This document shows positions 39,801-52,229 of a DNA stretch of 64,000 nucleotides, piece after piece (within the stretch, counting starts at the first letter, position 1; every line of letters starts with the position of its first letter). The notes under the pieces were generated by a model. That model worked only from the letters and a program-made list of their open reading frames with translations, made no database searches and was not told where the DNA came from. The stretch spans positions 10,484,550 through 10,548,549 of the forward strand of contig JBOZIK010000001.1 of the NCBI GenBank assembly GCA_051453625.1, in the 5' to 3' direction. Made by a program: the position numbers and the translations under genes. Source of the stretch: Welwitschia mirabilis (Eukaryota).

Positions 39801-42135
39801 AGATATCATAAAATGCATCATATCCATAATAATGTAATTACATTACTTAGTAATGCCATTTTGTTGGGGTTCCCTTAGGTAGGTCTTCAAATGACAAATT
39901 CCTTTAGAAGTGAGAAAGTTATTAAACTTAGCAAATTACTAATTGTCATCATCATTTGAGAGAAAACATTTAATTTAATAGTTAGCTTTCTTTTTAACTT
40001 TAGTTTTAAGCTTTTTAAAAATATTCAACATCTGTGATCTGGATTTGATGAAGTAAACTAAAGTGATTTGGGAATAGTCATTAATAAAGGATATAAAGTA
40101 ACAAAATCAATGAAGAGTGGAATCTAGCATAGGTCCATATAGATCACTATTGATTAGAAAAATATTTTGATTGACATGCCACTTACTTGGTAAAAGTCAT
40201 TGTTTAGTTTCTTTGCCCCTAATACATAGTTCACACTGAGATAAATAATATGAAATGAATAGAACAAACCAGTGGTCATTCTCATGTATTAATTTCATTG
40301 TATGAGGAGTAGGATGTCCTAATTAAGCATGCCATAATAGCGAGAGAGAAATATTATCTTTTAAAATTATGCAGACAATCTCTTGTATTTTGACATAATC
40401 ATGAAGACAAGTGATTTTTTCATCCATGTAGACTTTCATGACTAGTTGTTAATTACCATCATAAATATCTATTGAGTACTTTGTCATAAAAATAGAGTGA
40501 TCTTTTTGCAATAGAATTGAAAGTGATAGAAGATGAAACCTTTAAAGAAAAAGATATAAAACATCTAAAGCAGTTTGTGGATAAAGTTGTCTCAAGTCAA
40601 AGGTTACTAAATCATAGCCTTCCATAGGAGTTGGAGTTCTATGTGCCAAATAAATATGACTTGGTGCTTCAATTAAGTTATTAAAATAATCACACTGATA
40701 AGTCATGTGATGAGTTATGCTATGTCAAGAATCCATGTATTGTTATGAGATATGTACTCACTCATATTAACAAAGTTAAAGTTATCAAAGACTACATTAA
40801 ACTCAAAATTTTCAACATCATTAAAGGACTTAAATTCTTTAATTACTATAATTACTTTAGATGTAGACTTTGTCTTGTCCTAATGATTCCTATAGAAATG
40901 CATGGTGTGACCTTATCTTCTGCATCATAAGCAATAATATTTTTTTTTTAGATGTTGCAATATTCTAAACTTGCTTCTTATTTTGCTGAGTTTAATTAAG
41001 CTTCTTATCTTACTTTTTCTATGAATCCTTACATTTATCATGATGGGATTCCATTTGTGGATATGATTTTCTAGTAGACTATTTATTTTGATGAGGAGGG
41101 CTATGAGAATTACAAACTTTGCATATGGCATTAGAGAAAGAAGATCCCATGTAGTTAAACTGAGCTTCATCAAAATGAGATCCTTACTGAACATATTAAA
41201 AATCATATTATTCAATTACTTACTACCATGTAGTGATATAATATAACTACACAAAAAGACTTCCAAATAACAATGGATTAAGTTTTCATGATGAATGTAA
41301 AGTCATTTCATAAATTAATCTCTAGTACCTTTTCCTTGATGTCTTACATTTGCATAGTTAATTATCTTATCTTGCATTTTTTGTAATGTAAACTATTCAT
41401 GCAAGTTATGAGATAAAGGAGTTCTAGATTATTTTTGGATTAGAATGTATTCCTCAAGGTATAAAAGTTAGTATATCTTATTTCAGTCTAGTTAACTAAC
41501 TTTTTCTATTGATAGGTAACAAATTTTTACATAATCTCTATTAATTTTTCATCAATATCTTGACAAGTAACTTCTTTAACCTAATCCTAAAGAGATGTAT
41601 GAACATGTGCCAAAAAATCCTTCTTATAACCATAAATCTCATGGTTGACATAAAATCCTCATTCCAAACCTCTCATAATTGATCATCTTAAAGAGTGACT
41701 CTCATGTTAGCCATGATTCCAATGGTATGTATGGATGTGAATGGATTTGGTAAGCACTAAAACATATCTTTAAAGATGATAATGAATATGCAATGGTGGG
41801 AAAAGGATAAGTACCAGAAGAGAGTTAAAAAATAATGAGGTAAAGTCAAGAATCAAAGGGATCTTACTTATATCCCCAATTGAAAGAAATCTATCCATCA
41901 CATAAATAAATCTTATCAAATCCAAAAAAGAATACAAGAAAAATATAACTAAAAGATGATGTAGCTCTAAGAAAAGGAATCTTTCTCTAATTCATAGTTT
42001 CAAGTGATATATCCAAGTCAAGATAAAACTAAAAAAAAGAGACAAAATGTCATTATGGAGAGGTATAATCATAACAAAAGGGAATTAAGTCTATGAATTA
42101 AGTATCTATCCAAACTACAAAGTTTAATACCAAAG
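36900..42135 (-). mobile_element. Degenerate Ty1/Copia retrotransposon (gag-PR-IN-RT-RH); LTR limits uncertain
   Basis: Decayed PBS TGGTATTAAACT at 42121-42132, zinc knuckle remnant near 40892-40936, WILD..THHMT near 40700-40736, WHA*LGHP near 40310-40335, integrase SDLYGP/PQQNG, YVDD at 38495-38506, RNase H to about 37590, and PPT at 37241-37250. Confidence 0.9.
37385..37510. repeat. About 31-bp repeats with core TACACATC in the Copia 3' UTR
   Basis: Four units here; a homologous array lies at 9338-9450. Confidence 0.8.
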
Positions 42136-42802
42136 TGAAATTTCTTAATGTAAGTGAGGTGGATTTTAATGTAGCGAATCTAAATTGATTATTAGGTAAT
42201 TAAAATAATAAAATTAATTAATTTAAAAATCTATTATTAAATATATATAGTGATTGTGTGCTCTCTAAGGATGGTACTCTTACCTATAAATGAAGTAAAA
42301 AGATAAAATGTGAATCATATTAACAGGACTTGCAAGTTATTAGCTAATTTTACTTATCTCAGCTATGTACCCCCTCTTAAGGGAGAGTACCACATAATGT
42401 CAGTGATCTAGTTATACCTAGTAAATTTTAAATTTTATTAGACTGTGTTCCTTGATGATGAAATCTAAGTGAACCCTCTCACTATCCCTCTGGCCTTCAC
42501 CTAATATTCCTTTGATTACCAAGGCATATACAGGAATCTCGATCTCAAGGCATCTAGGACATTTTTTCTTAAGAGAGATTTGGCTCTCCATATGGCCTAA
42601 ACTTCATTCTGGTAGTTAAGGCTATGTAATAAGCTTTAGAAGACACTTCTGCTCACCACTAACCAAAATTTCATGTTAATTAAAAATGTTGGGGTGAAAG
42701 GTAATTTCTATTTTTACTACTTAGCTTAAATAAGATTAATATAATTATTAAATGTGAAAAGAAAGGGAAAAAACAAAAGCACTCGAGGGAAAAAAGACTA
42801 AT

Positions 42803-44424
42803 TGTACTATAGTTAAGCCAAGTAGATCTTCAGTTAATCATCTCTAGTGATAACCTATAATATTAAATATTCAATTTTCACAAATACATACTAGTATAGG
42901 GGATCAACCTAATGTCATACCTATAGAGAAATTTGAAAATATATTTGGAAAATTACTTCATTTAAAAAGGAAGTGAAATGATTTTCTATTCTAAGAGAAT
43001 GACAATGCCATGATGGATGAAATAAAATAAATTAATATAAGAATGATATGCAAGCCTAAAAGTAATTACTCATCAAGTTTACCAACTTTTTATGATCTAA
43101 GTTAGCCCTTATACATTGTATTAAAAGCCTAATTAACACTTATGTAATTAACTTAATATCGATATAACATAGAAAAAACATAAGAGAGAAATTAGAAGAA
43201 ATAAAATGATCTTTTATTAATCACAATTTTCTTACATCCACTTAGAAGTAGTTACTTCTCAATGGAAGAAATAAAGCTCACAAAGGGGAGCTCCTCTCCT
43301 AAGCTAGATGGATCCATTTCTTAGTTGAACTCCAAATCATCACTAGAATAACTGATGCATGAAAGATCTTAAGTGAGGAATCTAAGAGAGGTATTTATAA
43401 TTTTGAATTGATGGTTAGGATTATTAAGGAGTATTAATAGACTATGAGTAAAAATTACTAATCTCATAATAGATGAAATATGTTTTATATTCATTATAGT
43501 TGTCATCTACCTAGTGTCATCTAGATGATAGTCATCAGAAATGTGATCTTTTTTAATTATTTACTATTCTCGACGTTTCTTCTTAGTGTAACAAATAAGT
43601 GTCATCTATTTGATATTCTCTGAATAATGGGGTGAATGATTGTCAATTGTAAAATTAACATTTTTATTTCTTCTAGTCCTACTAGTTGTCTTTAATGTTA
43701 TCTAGATGTGAATAATAGTCATTTTAAAACCTTTTCTACTTTAATGGTCATATTAGCTTTTCTCTTGATTTTTGAAGCTTTCTTCTACTAGAATTAGTCT
43801 TTCTTCATCCTTCATAACTACATTAAATAAGATCATATGTTCTTATAAATTTGACCATGGCTTCCAAGTTTATTAACATATTTCATTATCTTCAAAATGA
43901 GTCTAATTTGATGGCATACTTTATCATCCTTTAGATTTGTCTTCAAAATGTGTTTTTTTAAAATAAATGGCTATCATCTTATGAATGTCATTTAGATAGC
44001 CAAGTGGATAATATTAGTAGCACAATAAGCTTTTAGCTTATGTATTTTGCCTGTCATCTTTTGAGTGTCATCTAATGACGATGCGGATGATACTTCTTTT
44101 TCATCTTTTGGTCCTTTGATCATCATTTCTCAATTTGAATTGGATCCATGATGCTCTAAATAGGTTAATAAGTTTGAAATCTATTAGCGAAAGGTTCATA
44201 ATATCCCGAATTGATGCTTCATTTAATCATCTTATAGTCTTTAAATTCTTCCTAATTTGCTTAGAAACCTATCAAATATACCTACAATCACACTCTAGTA
44301 GTACTATCAAATAGGATAAATTATACTTGTAACATAGCCTCTCACTAAGCATTTATCAAACCTTAAGAAATAAAGTGAAAGATAAAGTATAAGTGGGCCA
44401 AATTGGATAACATATATGAAATCA
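42803..44424 (-). repeat. Athila-like LTR, a diverged relative of the A/B LTRs
   Basis: Minus-strand TGAT start at 44424, TATA (TATAAATACCTC) near 43388-43399, end motif TATGACATTAGGTTG..CCTATACTAGT resembling 51230-51262, and TCATCTAGATGA motifs. Confidence 0.65.
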
Positions 44425-47400
44425 TACTCAATTTACATTTTTAAACATAAAGTTCATTTTAGATATTCCAATTAAATGTCATAAGCAAAATATAATTTGA
44501 ATGTAGAACATGTTTCTAATATAAAAATTCATTGCAATAAGTGCCAATATTTTGATGATTTTAAAGATTCCACCCCCATGAGGTAGATAAATTTGTCTCA
44601 AATTATAATTAAGTTTACATGTAATGATTGAAAGGAATAAGATAAAATTTTTAATGGATATAAAATTAGAAGTGAAAATAAAGTAGAAAAACATAACCTA
44701 AAAATAAGAAGAAAAAGTAATGTGATTACATTTAATGAGGTAAAAAGTAATATGAAGATAAAATTGGTGGTTAATGGTGAAAGTAAGAGTATGATCAAGC
44801 AAAGTCCAAAGAATTGGAGATAATAATAAGCTAAAAAGATGTAGGTATTATTAAGATGAGAGTAAAATCTAAAAATGTCTTTGATGTTTCCAAGTAAAAA
44901 CACTCAAGAAGATAAAAAGTAAAAATAGAGATAAAGGTACATGAAGAAGCTTAACTACTTTACCTTGAATACTAACTAACTAAGACTCAACATTTTTCAT
45001 CATAGAACTACTTGATATTAAAGATGTTTGATTAAGTGCTAAACAGTAATAGGCCTCATGTAATAGGGAAAAGGATTACAGCAATATCAAATGATTTATT
45101 TCTAAAGTAACAATTTAATATCATGACTAAGATCAATCCAATCATCTACTAAAGAAACAATGAAACTTTGCTAGTATATCATCCAATGATCAATATGTTC
45201 TATCATGTTCATGAATTTATGGTTCCAGAGTTATGGGAATCAAGTTAATAAGGCACTAAATAACACCATTCATTATGATGAAAGGAGTGCAATCACTTCC
45301 AAAAAAGTAATGACCTATAACTAGAAAACTGAATCATGGCCTACTAACTCTTTGGTGGAGTTCCAACAACTACCATATCATACTACCAAAGGTTCTTTTC
45401 AATAAAATTTACTCTGTGTACTGTTGTAGTAGAACATCATGGAATTTATTTTAAGAATTTTATCTTTTTTCCCCTCTTCTTTTCTTTTCTTTTTTTTTTT
45501 TTAAGATATGATCCCCTTTTTCAAATAGTGATTGACCATTAAAATAATAAATTAACTACATACAACATTATGGCTTAGCATCTGATTTAACATAAGTAAT
45601 ACTTAAGAAAAAATATAATAGACATTGAGTTCATAGACATGGAAATGTATTATATTAGCTGATATTCAACCTTTATTATTCCAAACACACAAACTAAAGA
45701 ATTAATTTCATGAAAAAACATCAAACCAAATTAGTAAATGATCAAATAGTAAGATGAGTAAACCAAGAAATCTAGCTAAGAAAGTATTTAGATAATGGTA
45801 AAAGGAATATGTTCCTCTAAGTAAGAGGATCCTTTAAGTTAATTTCTTTAATCATACCCATGATATAATGACAATCATTGGGATATTAATATATCTTTAA
45901 TAGTTGTCTATTTATTTTTAACCTTTCATGAGTGTTTAATTTAGAAATCTCAATAGAGCCATTAAGATGTACTTTCTTTATCTAATAAGGATCTAGTCAT
46001 TTAAAATTCAATTTATTATAAAGAATATGAACTCTTTTATTAAATAATAAAACTAATTAACTAGGTTAAAAATATTTAGAAATAATTCTTTTATCATGGT
46101 AAAAGTTATCTTAAGCTTTTTGGATGATTTATCTATGAATAGCATGATTTCATTTCTCATCAAAGTGTTAAAGTTAGACTAGCCTATCAATTAACTAGGT
46201 TAAAAAGATTTAGAAATAAGTTTTTTTTTCGTGGTAAATTTTGGCTTCAATGTTTTGGATGAATTGTCTATGGATAGCATGATTTTGTTTCTCACCAAGG
46301 TGTTGAAGTTGAACTAGTCTATGTTAAAGACTATCATCAAAATTCATGACATTAAATTGATTGATGGTTTTATAGGATTTATAACACACATTAATGGAAA
46401 GAACAAAATCTTTATCATACACAAGTTCATAAGGAGAAAAATCAAATAAATTATGCCAAGCAGTATATTAAGTCCAAACTACATCATAAATTATAAAAAA
46501 CCAAGACTTCTTCCTTATTAGCATTTTCAGCTTAGCTATTGGTTTGATGGTATTAAGCATTTACTATTCTATGCTCAATTCTAATAGAGAGAAGGCATTT
46601 TCTAAGAAATTTATTTATAAAGGGAGTTCCTTAGTTACTAGTCAAGATTTTTAGAAATCTAAACCCATAGAAAATCTTAAATCTAATGCAAGAATATATA
46701 GTTTTAATATCATTTGTGATTGTAAGAATGAATTCTACCCATTTAATCACATAATTCACAACCACTAAGATGTCATTTTTATTACAAGAAGATGGTGTAG
46801 GAGGGCTTATAAAGTTTGGACTCAAATAAGTAAAAGGTTAACTCTCTAAGATAGCTTGTAGGGGCATGTCTTGAAATTTGGAAAGGGTATCAAAACATTG
46901 ACAAGCAACACATTTTTATGTCAAGTCAAATGAATATTAAATAAGAAAGGCCAATAGAATCTAGCATGAAATATTTTCATAGAAGTATTTTGGCCACTAA
47001 AATGACATCCACACATGTCACAATGATAAAGAGTAAGAATATCATATTGTTCCCATTCTAGCACACATTTATACATGATTTGATCTTTACATTTTCAGTA
47101 GAGGTGTGGTTCATGCCACTCACAATATTCCTATTCTACAAAGAAAATATTTTGTTTGATAATGAGTTAAAAGTTGTGGATTTTTTAGGGTAATAAAATA
47201 ATTAATAATATCATCATATCATAGAGCAAGGTGTTTAGAAGAAATGAAATGAAAATGTGTAATTAAAAAAAAATTCATTTGGAAATTATCTTGAATAGAA
47301 AGGTATGAAGAAAAATGTAGAGAATTTTATTCATAAACTATTCTAGATGAATGATTAGTCATATAATTATGTTTTTCTTTTTTATCAGTGATGGTTAAGT

Positions 47401-48010
47401 TGAATCCTTGCATTAACAACATCCATCTAATAAGTCTTGCACTAGAATCTTTCTTAGTCATTAAATATTAAATGGTAGCATGATCAATATAGATATGAGC
47501 ATGGAAACCAAGAATATAGTGTTGAAGCTTATTAAGATAAAATATGATAACAAGCATTTCTTTTTCAATTGTGGTATAACTAAATTGAACTCTTGAAAGG
47601 GTTCATGAGTTTAAAGTTTTTATTCTAATCAAGTCCTTCTATAATGGGTGTTGAAGTGGTTTTGTCTTTAAAATTTTTAAAGACATGTTGACAAGATTCA
47701 TTTCAATCAAATTTATCATTTTTTTTCTAAGAGAGAATGAAGATGTTTGCAAATTTTAGCATAGTGCTTAATAAATCTTCATTAAAAACCAACATAACCA
47801 AGAAAATATTCGACTTGTTTTTTATTGGTTAGAATAGGAAGGTTTCTAACGATGTCTATTTTAGCAAGATCCATTTGAACACCATTACTAAAAAGGTGAT
47901 GACCTAAAACTATTCCATTCCTCACTAAGATGAAGGCTACTTTCTATACATTAGTTAAGGAATTTTCACAATCTCTTTAAGGTTTGCTTAAAAGAATTCA
48001 CAAAATAGAA
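44425..48010 (-). mobile_element. Athila-like copy C: partial RT, RNase H, integrase and post-pol region
   Basis: YTTIEKEML, ARLIRWMLLMQGF, CDMCGCHFSGQNTSMKIFHARFYWP, ILVVVNYVIKWVE, and the GPY/F-region end near 45900. Confidence 0.9.
46055..46322. repeat. 134-bp diverged tandem duplication within the integrase C-terminal region
   Basis: AATTAACTAGGTTAAAAA at 46055 and 46189; the remainder is alignable with many substitutions. Confidence 0.85.
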
Positions 48011-50125
48011 ATGTCATTATAACACTCTGACTTTAATTATTCTAATTAAGCATAATTTTTTTAACATTATTAACTAGCATGCATAATGGGATCTAAGATC
48101 AATTTTTATTTAGGCCTTATTAAAACACTATAAGATTTAAAATAACATAATCACTACTTAACTATAAGCCCTTTTGGTTTGCATATAATAATGATGTTAA
48201 AATTACATCCTATATTTATTCCTAGCTTTTTCTTTTGTCACATAAAGATATTTTGTATAAATTTAATGGGATGTTAACTTGTTTTATGACATATAATGGA
48301 TAATCTTTTTGGTGGTGCCTAGCTAATATAATAGGAGGTTGCAACTCCCATTAATAGCATTTCAACTCAATATCTGATCATCTTTTGTATGTAAGTTGGT
48401 TTTACTTCAAGTTCTAGAGCTCAACTATATAAGCTTAGACTTCACCTAGATATACCCCCAATATAGGTGATGGTTGGTATATGAGGTAGATGCATGCTTA
48501 CAAATGACCTCTACTTTCTTAAATCATTGTAGGATGGTGCAACATGATCCTTTAATACTAAAGGCTTGAGATATTAAGTCAGAGTAAGTCCATGCATGGG
48601 TTCATGAAGAGAGTGGTGATTAAATCTACTTCTAGAAGGGTTTATAAAAAAAAGTGAAATGCAAACCACCTTGGTGATTAAATCTAAGAATGAAGATGAA
48701 TAATTACTTAGATTATATTGATTTAGTTGAATGAATACATAATACAAATGCAGACATATAATAATTTTAACATTTAGCAGATTGTTTACCTAGTAAAACT
48801 AATTCTAATTATCATTGTGTGAATAAGAATCAGTTTGATTTTACATGAAAGAAAGATCATACATTTTCAAAGCATAGTAGGAAAAATAAATGAAATAAAC
48901 GTCCCTTTATTTTTCTACATTACAGTAATTCTTTTCAAGTAAGAAACATTAATATATTCAAGTCCTATTGAAGAAACATGTTTCATTTATGGAACTGAGC
49001 CAACTTCTAAACCCCTTTTATAAATTCTAAAAATCTATATTAAAATAAGTTTAAGTAAAATGTATATGTATTTTTTTAATTAAGATAAAACATTAATAAA
49101 GTTAAGTAATTAGGCTACACATCCTTAGAATTATTAAGTAGACAACCTTAATGTTTATGCTTAAAATGCAAGAATAAGAGCCTAAATATTAATAAATAAT
49201 ACATAAAAATTATAAGAAAATAAATTTAAGTAATATAAATCATATATATATCTAAACTAATTCAGCACTTCATTAGATAATTTTCTATAATTATTAAAAT
49301 TATTTACAAGCCTTCTTAGCTTTAAAAAGATATTGAAACTAAAAATTTCTAAATAATTATTTAAAAATGTAAAAATAAATTAGACTTACTTTTATTAAAC
49401 TAAACTCATCATATTATTCAAAAAAATAATTTTATGAAATTGAAATTAGTATAGACACATTTCATTGGGTCAAATTTTGACTATAAAGACTACCTAAATT
49501 TTAGAGTTGCTAAAATAATACCCTTCACTAAAATGATCAGGAGTTTTGATCTACTAAGAGTTTTAAATAAGTAAGTACTTTTTGAAAATATTATTGAGTT
49601 CTCTACAGGGCGTACTATTGTATTATAACCTAGAGCTTTTCATTAGTTTTAAAACTTAAGACTTTTTACTTGCTATTTTTTGCTTATAATTTTTAAGTTA
49701 TTTTCATAAAATAAATTTTAAAAATTATTTTACTCTCTAAAAAATTTACTATTTTATAACTTTTAAGTTTATAATAGGATTCTAAACCTACAAAAATTTT
49801 CATAAATTTTTACTTAGTAGTGAATGAGTTATGACTTTCTTGAGTTATGCTTCACTTTTGGCAAAAAGTAAACTTCAAGTAAACTAACGACAAGAGAACT
49901 CATACTAATTTATAGAAATAAAAATTAATATACTAAATAAAAATTTGTAATAAAAATTAGTACTCAAAGCATGTAAAACACAATTATAATTAATATAAAC
50001 TCATCTTATAATAATAAACAATGTATCAAATATCATAAGCCTTAGGATTTTCTAAAAATGATTGAGCCAAAAATAGATTTATGAGGATCAGATTTATTTA
50101 TCCTAAAAAGAAATTTAATGCCAAT

Positions 50126-51339
50126 TGATGTGCTACCAAATTGTGGGTATTTTATGGGGTATTATGAGTTATTTTTTAGGACATTAGATAAGTCTATGTT
50201 GAGTTTCTATGATTATGGAGAATTAAAGCAAAAATCACAAAATCATATAGACTCGATTACATTTTACAACTATTTAAAGAAATTCATAATACTTCCTATT
50301 TAAAGTAAAGATATTATAAATAAGAATCTGATGTAATTCAAAAAGACTTTCATAAAATCCTATCGTCCACTCCCTCATCCAGATGATAGTCATGACGACA
50401 AATGAAGGCTTGCTAACATGGATGATTACTAGCCAATTCGAGCAGCTAATGTGGAGCTTGTATAATTGGCATCATCTTCTCCCTCCTTCATATGACAGTT
50501 AAGATGACACTGAAGTACAATGGCTTACCAAATTTCATCCATTTTATCTATTTCTTTCTCAATATTAAGCATGTTCCAGTGTGATTGTTACACACTGAGC
50601 ATCGGTTAGGTTTTCCTTTAGTATAAATAAACCTCTCCCTCAATTCTCCTATTAGTCTTCGATACATCAAAAATTCTCTGATAGGAGATCAAAAGGTGGA
50701 AGATCCATCCTTTATCATTGTAGAGATACATCTTCCTTGGTATTGGGTTGTACATCCTCTATTAAGGTCTGAATACTTTGTAACTTAAATGCTAATTCAC
50801 TTAATACAAACTCTATTTCTCTTTTATATCTTTAATACTTTGCATGTCCATTATGTTTTATATTATTTTTATTTGATAACATTTTAACTTACAATATAGG
50901 TCTTAAGGGTAACCTTTATTAAGGTTGATTATATTAGTTTAGGTGCATTTTTAGATTAATTTGCATTACATTCTATTTAACATACTTGATAGCTTAAGTT
51001 TTTCTTGGTTAATAATAATTTCCCTAACTAATTTAGGTTATATAGGATCAATCTTCTTAACAAGTCAATTTGATAATTGAATAGGTGTTCATCTAGAATA
51101 GAATATATATGCATTTGCATAAGTGTGTTTCATTGCATTATTTCTTACATTATTATTTAAATTCTAAAATAATATAATATTTCTTTAGAATTAATTCTCC
51201 TTCTTCCTTCACATGCCTTTAATTGATTTATGACATTTGGGGTTACTTCCATCTATACTAGTGTGTTGTATTTGTAATATACCTATTTGTGATTGACAGG
51301 ATTAAGTAAGATGTAAAGATTATAAAATTATAAACAACA
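50126..51339 (+). repeat. 5' LTR of copy B
   Basis: TGATG...CAACA termini, TATAAATAAACC near 50622, and homology to 61306-61842 and 6645-7900. Confidence 0.88.
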
Positions 51340-51345
51340 AGATCT

Positions 51346-51363
51346 TAGCACTGTTACCGAGGA
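51346..51363 (+). promoter_or_regulatory. Decayed tRNA-Asp-type PBS
   Basis: TAGCACTGTTACCGAGGA, followed by AGGATAC as in copy A. Confidence 0.75.
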
Positions 51364-52229
51364 AGGATACCGAGGAGTTTCAGGATTGTCATTACTTAGG
51401 TGAGTAGATCAAATTTTAGTTCAAATATTTATCTATAATAATGTTGTATTTCTAGTTGTAATTGTAGCTTTTCTTTTTGTAGTTTTTGGTTTTTTAGTCT
51501 GTAATAATGCTTTATCGTCCATGCTATCATCTAGATAATATGGAAGATAATAGTTCAATTTAAAAAATTTTACGATATCATAGTCATAAAGATAAAAGTT
51601 TTCATATTTTCCCCTTCATCATCTAGATAATGAAAAAGATAACTATTAGTTTTTATTTCTCTATTATTTTGTAACTCTACTTTTTGATTTTTTGTTGTTT
51701 TTCAGTTTTTTGTGTGTTACTGTCGTCTAGGATATCATTTGGATAATGAAGAAGATGATGCTCAAGGAAACTAAAATAACTAATCATGTTTTTATATGAC
51801 TAATTTAGGTAAGAAATATTAGAAAAAGTAGTTGTTGCTAGAAGAAAATAATGCTCAAGGAAACTAAAATAACTAATCATGTTTTTATATGACTAATTTA
51901 GGTAAGAAATATTAGAAAAAGTAGTTGNNNNNNNNNNNNNNNNNNNNNNNNNNNNNNNNNNNNNNNNNNNNNNNNNNNNNNNNNNNNNNNNNNNNNNNNN
52001 NNNNNNNNNNNNNNNNNNNNNNNNNNNAAAGTAGTTGTTGCTAGAAGAAAATATCAGAGAAAGATTGGTTGACTTCAGATTAAAATCAGGTTCACAGTTC
52101 CTAGGTACATATAACATCTCTTCTAAATTTATCTTTTTAGAATATAATTTTGTGAATAAAAATTTTTTAGAAAATAATTTAGAATAAGATAATTTTAAAA
52201 TGTTGAATGCTACGCAAAAATAAAAACAA

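Noticed and set aside
42136..42800. 5' LTR of the 36.9-42.1 kb Copia element
   Set aside because: The position next to the PBS fits, but I could not align it to the sequence left of the PPT at 37240, so it is left uncalled.
44479..44903. Hydrophobic ORFs as membrane or envelope proteins
   Set aside because: The F/L/I richness reflects T-rich low-complexity DNA, and the frame is not evidently conserved in copies B or D.
48010..50125. Another Tekay-like LTR fragment
   Set aside because: The composition is suggestive, but no termini, PBS or second copy could be identified.
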